Assembly: GCA_008632985.1 (NCBI GenBank)
Contig: QPGO01000178.1
Location: 124,001-147,687 of the forward strand
Origin: Psammoneis japonica
Taxonomy: Eukaryota
Length of the DNA: 23,687 bases
Direction of reading: 5' to 3'
The notes below the pieces were generated by a model. That model was given only the letters and a program-made list of their open reading frames with translations, had not been told where the DNA came from and did no database searches. Positions 1 to 9,072 of this stretch are shown piece after piece (the stretch's first letter is position 1; every line of letters begins with the position of its first letter). The position numbers and the translations under genes were made by a program.

Positions 1-1716
1 TGTTGGATTCATTCGGAACATTTTCATGAGTGTTGAATTGCGGACGGGGACGCGAAGGTCGGCAACTTCGTCTGAATCGTTTTCCACAAATATAACCTCT
101 TCATTGGTACCTCGGTAAGTGAACATTCGTTGTTTTGGATCCGTGTTCCACTGTCCGTCCTTTCCCTTTTTCTCGACCGGCTGTTCATGCCCCATGGCGC
201 TTGGTGAGTGCATAAGTGTTGACGCAATATCAGCCATTAACAAATGTAGCGCACGCAAATGGTCAAATTTGGGCTGTCTCCGCTCTCCTGACGAGCACAT
301 GGGGGCATCACTTGCGTAAATATTGGCGATACCAGCTCCAGCAGTTCTACCGCGGTTGTAACTTCCTACAATGCAAATCGAGAAAACAGAAAAGCGAATG
401 AGGCGACGCATATGCAGTCGGCAGAGTGAAATTTCTGTTCACGTACCCCACCACATGTAGTAATTGATCTGTGAACCTCCACGTGCAAACCATCGTAGGA
501 TTCCCAAAGCGTAGGACCGAGCTGTCCTTCCCCAAAAGTAACCTGTAGGTTTCATTGGCCCTTCTCCCCATATTTGGAATCCACCCTCAAGCTCCGTCCA
601 CATGGCGGGCTGATCAACCTGAATCCTCCCAGATTGCCCATGAGACTCAAGAAAAGATATGCTGCATTCTCCCCCGACGCCATTGCAAGTATTGATTGTG
701 TTTTGGCTGAAAGCCCATTGCACATGGTCCACACGACATTTGGTGCGACCCTGGCAACAAGCTCTCCACACCAATCTGCGTGGTCTTGGATCGACGGCTT
801 CTTGTCAGATGACACATCGATCGTTTCCTCTTCACCTTGCAATTCATTTTCGATCTGCCCCAAAATGATGGGGCCTCCTTGATGCGCCCAAAGATTATTC
901 TCTTCAAGATATCCGACGCATTCTCTAACGTACTTTTCCATGATTTCAGTCCATAGCTTGTTTTGCCTTCTCATTTCCATTGTTGGATTTTGAAGGGGTA
1001 TCCATTCGGGAATTCCACCGTAATTGTATTCGGCGCAAGCATAAGGACCTATTCGGATATGAACAAACAATCCTCGATTCGCAGCTTCCTTGATGGCTGA
1101 CGCCAGATTCCAGTTGCACTTCAGGTCAGCCCTAGATCCAGCATGAGAATCACAAAACTGATCGCTACCACCATTAGGAAGAGACCAATCCATTGGTTGA
1201 TTCGGAAACGGCTGATGAGCGGACCAAAAGACGTAGACTGTAATCATGTTGAGCCCGTGCCGCACCGCCTCATCCAAGGCCAACGTCCAAGTCTGTGGCG
1301 TTGCTCGAGCTGCATGTACGCTGCCCGACAAAAAGAGTGCGCGATTCCCGTTGAGCATAAAGGATCTCTTGTCGTAGGTAACATTGATGGATCCATGGAA
1401 GCATAACTTAGATAAGATGGAAAGGAAGGATTGTCTTCTTTGACACGAATCCCAGCAACCTTGGAGGGAACGATTGCTTATACTGACCATTCATCTCATC
1501 TCGTATGCTCTCTTCAGCCCCTCCTGACCAATTCCCCAAATCAAATATGAAAGGAATCGAAAGAAAAACAAGGAGACCGACACAAAATAGCTCCATCAAA
1601 AGACGTCTTCTCCTATTCTCCAGCTCGGTCGCGTCCATGACACTGCCCTTGTGTGCGTACGCCACAAGCGGGGTGTTTTCGTCAATAATGTTCTGCTTGC
1701 TGTTCAAGGGCCTCAT
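1..1716 (-). CDS. Glycoside hydrolase family 35 beta-galactosidase with N-terminal membrane anchor; 3' end runs off the window
   Basis: GH35 motifs in order: VTYDKRSFMLNG..LFLSGSVH, GLNMITVYVFWSAHQP, GLFVHIRIGPYACAEYNYGGIPEW, GGPIILGQIENE (acid/base Glu), NTINTCNG, QPAMWTE (nucleophile Glu), INYYMWWG|SYNRGR, YASDAP, RQPKFDHL. A hydrophobic segment (LLMELFCVGLLVFLSIPFIF) follows the ATG at 1716. One intron (366-446). Apparent frameshifts near 1400-1460 and near 700 (A-run). Confidence 0.92.
366..446 (-). other. Spliceosomal intron (81 bp) in the GH35 gene
   Basis: Minus strand reads TGGTGGG|GTACGT...pyrimidine-rich...TTGTAG|GAAGTTAC. Splicing restores YYMWWGSYNRGR and an open frame to base 1. 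Confidence 0.9.
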
Positions 1717-1981
1717 GATCGAAAAGTCCTTTCCTGGAATGAATGACCTTGGTAGAATCAACGACAGTAAGAGATGCTAATTCTCATGGAGTTGCCATCG
1801 TTGATCGTTGATCGCCATTTCATGCGTGTTCTGACATCACATGACACAACGCCCATCCGCCGCTAACAAAATTAATATACAATATATATGAATTCGAATA
1901 GTAAAATTATTAATTGCTAATTTGCGAACTGCGAAATTCAAAAAAAGATTTCAGATCTCTCAAAAGATTCGCCCACTTTTA

Positions 1982-2039
1982 CTTCCTCCGGCAAGCGACA
2001 ATTGTCCACGGCGAAACACCGTGCCATTCTTTTTGGGCC
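1982..2039 (+). repeat. Left terminal inverted repeat
   Basis: cttcctccggcaagcgacaattgtccacggcgaaacaccgtgccattctttttgggcc; its reverse-complement match is at 3644-3701. Confidence 0.92.
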
Positions 2040-2191
2040 GTATAACGTAGCACCGCTTCTACGCAAGTAGTCTCGGAGGGAAAAGCACGACCCGACATCA
2101 TCAAAACACATGGAACCGCTGCCGCCGCAGCAACGATGAGACATGTCGCTTGTGCCGTCAACTGCAACTTCATGTGCGATGATGCCACATC

Positions 2192-3453
2192 ATGGACCCT
2201 CCTCCACTGCATCCAAGCATCCACTCAATTGGTGCGTTGGTGCATGTGGCTCCGGAGCACCGCACGGGATGACCCGACAGTGAAGGTGGAATCGGCTGCA
2301 TCACGGAATTCAACGCTGCCAATGGCCCAGTGCATGTGTGGCACGCAATCAACAACAGTCTCAGTTTTGACATTGTTGTTCCAGAGAGACTCACCCCAGC
2401 ATCATTGGCTGCAAGTGCTCATCGGCAATCACCAAATGAAACTTGACGGCCATTGACATTGATGACCAAACACAATGAACAAGCTGGACTCCGTGGCGTC
2501 AATGTTGGAAACACGAGAGCGACAGAAACACAACAAAGACCTGAAGGTGTTGCTGGCGCTCTTCTAAGTTTGAAAGATTGGCTGATGAGCGGTGGCAGGA
2601 GGAAGCATCCAGTGGTGGTGGAGCACCTCAGACAAGGTTGATCGAAGGAGAAAGGGTGGATGTGCCAGGCGGAGGCTGCAATTGCTGGCCGTCCGGCCCC
2701 AAAACCGAAATCTCATTTGTCGACACCGGAGAGAAGGCTGCTGTGTGACACCCAAAACACCGCAAATGCATTGACTCCATCTGAGATCCACACAGGGGCA
2801 AATCCCCTGGCTGATCATGCACGCACTTGGGGTGCAACAAAAAAAGACAATTGGCAGGACACACAAACGTGTTCTTGAGCAAAACAACAGTGCATTGAGG
2901 AAGAAGCAGCGTGATGCTGGTGTGACAGCATTCAACTCCGACGAAAAGTGGGAGCAGGTGTGTGCTCCACATGAATGCTTCAAGTGGCATCAAAGAATCT
3001 TGAACTCTGTTCATTGTGTTTGTAGTTGCTGTCCCAAGGGAACAATCGCCCGGTCATTTGTGCACCACAGTCAAGTGGTGAATGCCATTTTTCAGTGTGA
3101 TGGTTGGGGACAATTTTGCAAAGGATTCGCGATCGCTTCACTGTGGAATTCGGAAGTTTTTTCAGCATGTTTGCAACTCGGAAGAGACGCAGAATCCCAC
3201 CAGAGTCATGGAGGTGATTGAGCTCCTTGATCTGGTGGAACAGAATCTGTGGCACCCGACGCCAGATGTCATTGGGGACGGGCACAATCCGGCAGACTTC
3301 TTGAGTGAGAATGAGCTTTCAATGTTGGTGAACAACATGGGCCACTCGTGTGAACATGCTGAAGTGCATCTCATGGCAGAGCTGGAACAGAATTGGGAGC
3401 TGTTCGATGCCGCACACCTGGAGCAGTGCTGTTTTGGAAGGTGCTGTCTCTAG
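2192..3453 (+). pseudogene. Mariner-type transposase remnant (N-terminal and C-terminal parts, catalytic core apparently deleted)
   Basis: Frame from ATG 2192 (MDPPPL..DSEGGIG) with in-frame TGA at 2270, 2444 and 2639, and a frameshift in the A-run near 2840. It continues into an HTH-like WGATKKTIGR..RKKQRDAG segment, joined near 2990 to a C-terminal-like TIARSF..QVVNAI..LHCGIRK segment. No DDD/E triad seen. Lies inside the TIRs. Confidence 0.6.
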
Positions 3454-3643
3454 AGAATTGATGGCATGCACTTAGAACTGGCACCAGAGTGTCTGTGTTG
3501 TCCTGCCATTGCATCAAATTGGCACTTTGTTCCGTGGTCGGGCCAAAAGGAGCAATTCAATGGCAAACTCTAGAAGGTTTTGGTGGTGGCACGAAATGGC
3601 ACGTGAACAAAAACATGCAAAAGCAGCAAAAGCAGCACCACGT

Positions 3644-3701
3644 GGCCCAAAAAGAACAACACAGTGTTTCCTTGTGGACAATTGTCGCTTGCCAGAGGAA
3701 G
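3644..3701 (-). repeat. Right terminal inverted repeat
   Basis: ggcccaaaaagaacaacacagtgtttccttgtggacaattgtcgcttgccagaggaag; two of the 8 differences from the left TIR are isolated CpG transitions. Confidence 0.92.
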
Positions 3702-3949
3702 CATCATGGCAAAGCAAGAGTGCTGCACTGTGCCGCACACTCTGGCCAGTGACACACAAAATTGGCCACTTTCAGTTTCACGCGTGGAAGCACGGCAAAA
3801 GTTTTTCTGCTTCGGGCAGTGCATTTCAATCTGATCTGCTTCCGACATGCGCACACAAGCAACAGTGTCAAAACCTCATCACCAGCATTGTTTTGCACAC
3901 AAGTGCGAGCCATTTCTCATTTCATTCAGCTCCTGGCCACAAATTGTTT

Positions 3950-5870
3950 GTGGCTGATTTTCCAAGCTGCTGGCTGGAGTGCCGGTGCACTCATTTGTCT
4001 TTCCTCATCATTGACCAAAAAGCATCAACACTGACGCGATCTCTCTCACAATTGTGCATCATCAGACTGGCTCCTCTTGGACATGTGATCAAAGGTTTTC
4101 CTGCTTCAGTTCTCTCAGAAGAATCATTCTCAATGTCATCAACAAGCATCGGAAACACAATGTTCAAAAGCAGGGTCGTTGCTCATCTGCACACTCCCCT
4201 GGGCAATGCAGCTCCCATGGGTGTCAATGTCCACATTTCCACCAATGTTTGTGTCTGACAATTCCTTGCAGAGGCAAAATCATTCATTCCTGCCTCTGCA
4301 TCTCTGCTCCATCCTCAATCTGTCCATCCTCTGCCGCATCGTGCACACCTCTGGCGATGTTTTTTGCATCTCTCAACGGAGCTCCCAATTCTGATGCTGC
4401 GCCAATGCTTTCTGACCAAGGCTGTTGTTTTCCCAAATTCCATGACACTCACTTTCCATTTCTCTGAGTCACCTCCATTGTTTGGAGCAGCCAGGGCTGG
4501 CTCGCCTTGCATGTCACTCACTGCAAGATTGACCAAATTTGCTCCAACAACAAGGGCGGCACTGATGACAGCCAATGCGTTTCTTTCCTTTTGCACAATC
4601 CACCATGCAACAAGGAGAAAGCTGGTGAAAAATTTCCAGGAGTGCAGCAACAGATTGAAAATGCTTGCCAGCGGTGTTCCTCAAATGCCGTTTTTTGCTT
4701 CTGCTGGTTGCCCCCTGCAAAACAAGGAGCAATGAAAATTTTGATTTGTTCATCATGTTTTAGCGCACATGTTCAATGCATCATCCATGAACCAACCATG
4801 GTTCAGGATGGATTCAGAACTCTGTCACTCTTGTTCTCATTGTCTTGTTTGTGTGACTCGCTCCTTGTGTGACCATCAGGATCATCAGGCAAGGCACTCA
4901 AGACGAGCTTGAAATGCAATGAGTTGTTTCTTGCACCAGCAACCAATTGCAACAGTTCCATGTCTTGTGTCAGGATCAAGGAAGAGATTCTGAGAGTGTG
5001 CAAGTCTCTGCTCAAGGTGTTTGTGGATGCTCATGCATGAGAACAGAAACTCCACTGTCTCTGCCAATTTAATGCAGCAGCCCTCAAAGAGAAACCAAAA
5101 AAAAATGCGCCTTTTGTGTCATTCAGCCATCTTCCCTCCTCATGCTCTAAGGGACTCAACTGCAAACATTCTGATCACAAATCTGACAAGAACCCTTCCT
5201 CTGCTGGCAGATCACAACCCTTTTTACACAACAGCAAAATGGGGCTGCAACACTCAAGTTCAATGGACACACAACAAGAAGCAAAGTGCAGCAGCATCTT
5301 TCCTTCAATGTTGTGAGACCAAAAACATGTGGCTTTGTCATCATCATAAAAAAGCTTTTAGTTGCTGCCTTTTGTGCCTGTGTTTCAAACAATTTTGTTG
5401 GTGTTTCGTTGCTGTCCCTGTCATCATCACTGCGCTTGCTGCAAAGCTGGCTGCAGTGGCTGGCTCCACCAATTTGATCAGACCTGAACCATCCAACAAA
5501 GAATGCACCCATGCTTTGTCTTGAAGTCCAAACAAATGTGATGGACTGCCAAGGTTAGTGTTGGAATGTGTCAGACCAAAGAAGTGTGTGCTGCATTGCA
5601 AGTTTCGTGAAACAATGCCACACAAAAAAGGAGACGAGAGAGCATGGCATGCTCTTTGTTTTTTCTGCAGAAATGAGATCTTCCTCCATGTTCCAAGTTT
5701 TCCTTGATCCTTTTTCGGCATGTCATCCAGGAGGGTGTCTCTGACCTTCGTTTAAAAAACAATCCAGGACCCTCGCTTTCTTGCAATGACAGGAGGCACC
5801 GGGGTGAGGTGTTTGAGAAAGCACGTTCGTTTGTGCAGAGCATTTTTGAACCAGGCCTGCGGGGAGCATT
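3950..5870 (-). pseudogene. Degenerate hypothetical protein gene(s)
   Basis: Protein-like segments in shifting minus frames (SKRSDDDRDSNETPTKLFETQ; LSPLEHEEGRWLNDT; LAETVEFLFS..LEQRLA), downstream of a C/A-rich leader-like stretch at about 5900-6080. No family recognised; limits approximate. Confidence 0.3.
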
Positions 5871-6443
5871 GACCACTTGTCTGTTCGTGTGTCGTTGCAG
5901 GTTGGTGCTGCACGGTGTGAATGCAGGGCCCTGCTGTGCTTCGAAGTGCGTGCAGTTGGCAATGGTGTCGTGCCGGTGCATGCTCGTGTGCCATGCGGTG
6001 TGTGATGTTGTGTGGGCGGTGTGTGCATGGGTTGTGTCGGTGGATGGTCAGACGGTTGTGACGTTGTGACCGTTGTCAACTGCAGATGGCGCCGAGCATG
6101 GTGACGTGGATCGCCGTTGTGCCAGATGTTTCATGTCGAGTTTGGGGCAGTGCCGCAGAACATTTTTGCTCGTGATTGATCATTGTGTGATGCACATGGT
6201 TGCATGTTGAATGCAGATGCATTTCTGAAAAGCTGTCACGTTGGAGCCTGTTGCATCAAGCAAATCAGAGTCTGGATCTGGAAGGCAGTGTGACGTGTTT
6301 GCGTGTGGAACAGCACGATCGAGGGCATGCAGATCCTGCTGGGTTTTCATGGAACGTCGACACAGTTTGTTGTTGTTGGCGGCAGACAGAGAATCTTCTG
6401 CATTGGGTGCATTGTCATCATCGTAACTGTGTCCAGTTGCGCA

Positions 6444-6842
6444 ATGGCTCGCGTCAAGCAAACCGCACGCAAAAATGCCGGAGGTGTTGTCGGTCGTAAG
6501 AGGTTGCGTGGCAAAGCGGCGAAGGTTGATTCCAAGGCTGCCGGAAGGAAGAAACGTCATCGCTTCCGCCCCGGAGTCGTCGCGTTGCGTGAGATCCGGA
6601 AGCATCAGAAGTTGACGGAGTTGTTGATCCGGAAGGCACCGTTTCAGCGGCTTGTTTGTCAAGTGGCTGGTGAAGTGACGAGTGAATTGGGAATGCAGGG
6701 GGTGAGATTCCAGTTGACGGCCGTCTTGGTGTTGCAGGAGGCTTTGGAAGCGCATCTGATTGGATTGCTTCATGACAGCAATCTTTGCGCTGTCCATGCG
6801 GGGCGTGTGACCATCATGCCGAAGAATCTGATGTTGGCTTGA
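6444..6842 (+). pseudogene. H3: Divergent histone H3 variant, mutated (premature TGA at the R128 position)
   Basis: [67 protein letters not shown] matches the H3 tail and histone fold. Lesions: Y54H and Y99H (CAT at 6603 and 6753), S57L and S86L (TTG), R72C (TGT), R128* (TGA), R129C (TGC). Confidence 0.93.
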
Positions 6843-7201
6843 TGCACTCATGGCAAACATTGCCAGGCAGAAGAGAGAGGTTGGCGGCCTCTGGTTGTTG
6901 GGCAGCGAGGAGGGACTTCTTGCGTGGTTGAGACGCAGGGATGTTGTTGCGTGTTCGGATGCATTGCGCAGTGTTTAAGTTGGCGGTGTGCCAGATCAGA
7001 GTGTGTGTTTGTCATTTGTTGTGTGTGTTTTATGGTGTTGCAGTTCCAGCAGTTCTGGCATTAAAAAGTTGCATGGATCGTTGCCAAGCAATGTGCAGCA
7101 TTGTGCAGTTATGATGAATGGAGAAATGGATGTGCGCAGAGGTGCAGGGTGGGCCGCGGGCGCGGCAAGAGTCCTTTCCGCGCAATGTCCAGAGTGAGTT
7201 G

Positions 7202-8040
7202 TCAATCATCGCAGGCTTCGAGGGTGTCTGGGACGTCCTGCTTCACCGGACTTGCGCCGTTGGAGGCTTTCTGTTTGCCATCCTTGTCGTCTTCGACTGC
7301 GTGGCCAAACTCGTGAAGGGCGGTGTTGACTTTGTTTGGGCCACAGTGCAGTTCCATGGTTTCTCGATCGGTGCAAATGTCATCTTGGGTGCTGTCCGGG
7401 AAGCTGCATTGCATGACATCCATCGTGCAGGCGAGGGTGAGGTGGTTTCCAAGGTGAGCATCGCCTGGCCCGTTGACAGGAGTGAGGTCGGACCCGACGT
7501 CGCAGGGATTGTTCCACTTGAAATCTCTCTTGACAACTTCGTTCAGGACGTTGCAGAGGCGCATCACCCATTTCCTGCGTGGTTCTGGCATGTTCAACTT
7601 GGGGTCTTTCAGGACCCGGACCATGAGGGGCCAGGGCGTTTCACACACCTGGCTTGGATCGGATTTGGATTCGCTCTCTGCCGACCACACACAGATCGGG
7701 TTGCAGGCGCTGACGAGATTTTTTACGAAGTGAATGCCTGCAATCGACAAAATCTTGGTGGTCTTCAAGGCGTCCCACCATGGCTTGGCGAAAGGTGGCA
7801 TCGTGGTGGAACAGTTGCAACTGATGAGCCTTGCGATGATTTCTCCTGATCGAGTGCCGAAATGGTTGATGTGGTTTCTGCTTCTGGGTTTTTTTTGGTC
7901 GGAGATTCTTTGACGTCGGTGGCCACCTTGAAGTTCTGTCTGCGTTTGAGCGGCCTGTGGGTCGGCGTCTCACTCTCAGAAGGTGATTTCGATTTAGCAG
8001 CCGTTGACTTGGTGCTTCACTTCTTCGGATCGTTCGGCAT
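7202..8040 (-). pseudogene. Hypothetical protein with S/K/T-rich N-terminus and globular C-terminal domain
   Basis: ATG 8040 MPNDPKK*(TGA)STKSTAAKSKSPSESE..., then one frameshift into the 199-aa ORF 7202-7801 (FAKPWWDALK..KWVMRLCNVLNE) with protein-like composition. Family not recognised. Confidence 0.5.
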
Positions 8041-8127
8041 GGTGATGGTGGACGGGGCAGCATCGGGTGTGACTGTGGAAGCGGTGTTGCTGTGGCTTCT
8101 TTCGTTTTGTGGGAGGAGAAATGTGTG

Positions 8128-8772
8128 ATCGAAGAAGGGAGGGTTCGCAAATGGTGAGGAGGAGGCACAAATGGTTGCATGGGGTGGTTTGTCCAAAGTG
8201 CGGAGGATTTGGAAAAGAGGCAATTGCGTTGATCGTGACATGACTGGTTTGCAATGGGTGGTGGTTTGTCCGCAGGAGAGAGATTTCGCAATTTTGACAA
8301 TGGCTTGATTGGCTCACAAGGGGTGGTTCATCTGATGGAAGTTGGGTTTGCATGCATGGGGTTTTGCAAGGGGTGGGTTGTCTGATGAATGGAAGGTTCT
8401 CAAAGGATGCAGGGGCAATTGTGGTTTGTTTGAAGAACAAAAAAGGCATGTGTTGCTTCCAAGGCACAAATCTTGTGGTGTGTCCGAAGATCGGAGGGTT
8501 GGGCAAAAGTCGGTGAAAGGCACAAATGGGTCACAAGAGGTGGTTTGTCCGAAGAAGGGAGGGTTCGGAAATGAGGAAATTGTGATGACTCTGAAATGAC
8601 TGTTCGGCAAGATGTGGTTTGTCCGAAGAAGGGAGGGTTCGCAATTGAGTCAAAGGCACAATTGGTTTGTCGGGGTGGTTTGTCCGAACAATGATGGGTT
8701 CGCAATTGTGCAAGCAAAGGACAAGTGTCTTGCAAGGGGTGGTTTGTCCAAGGAACTGCAGGTTTTTCGCAA
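8128..8772. repeat. Degenerate tandem array, about 11 copies of core GGTGGTTTGTCCGAAGAAGGGAGGGTTCGCAA
   Basis: Cores at about 8130 (partial), 8183, 8260, 8322, 8372, 8421, 8475, 8539, 8614, 8674 and 8738; period about 48-77 bp. 8540-8567 and 8614-8641 are identical over 28 bp. Confidence 0.9.
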
Positions 8773-9072
8773 AAGAGTCATGGTCCACAATTGTTTTGCA
8801 GGGGGGGGTGTCTCGGCGGACAGCGCACCGGCAATTTTGTGCTGCACCTGCACAAGCACGGCAAATTTGCCGGGAACTGATTGTGTGTTGTCATGGTGCC
8901 GTGGGCCTTTACGGTGGTGCTGCAGGCACGGGCATGGTCGCACCGTTGGCAATTGGACTGGTGGCAATGTGGGTGTGTCGACACATGGGAGTGACAGTCA
9001 CAATGGCTGTCGAGTGGGGCAGGCACGTGTGGCGTTGTGTGTGGGTGGGACAAGACGCCTTGCCGGAGGTGC

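Larger units (their letters stand above)
1982..3701 (+). mobile_element. Non-autonomous Tc1/mariner (Stowaway/DD39D-like termini) DNA transposon, internally deleted
   Basis: 58-bp inverted termini (50/58 identical) starting CTTCCTCCGG, similar to the Stowaway CTCCCTCCG end. Flanked by TA (1980-1981) and CA (3702-3703). Encloses a broken transposase-like frame. Confidence 0.85.

Noticed and set aside
3704..3800. Helitron 3' terminus (hairpin plus CTRR)
   Set aside because: Only short tggcca palindromes are present; no clear hairpin or terminal motif, and mutation could have obscured one.
4900..5150. Ulp1/C48 protease suggested by EEGRWLNDT (minus strand)
   Set aside because: No convincing HW, D or Q.N..DCG catalytic motifs follow in a consistent frame.
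6444..6842. CenH3
   Set aside because: Loop 1 is longer, but the tail aligns with canonical H3 and Q68/F84 are retained.
8128..8772. CRISPR array
   Set aside because: Repeats are degenerate, the period is irregular, linkers are homologous to each other, no cas genes are present and the context is eukaryotic.
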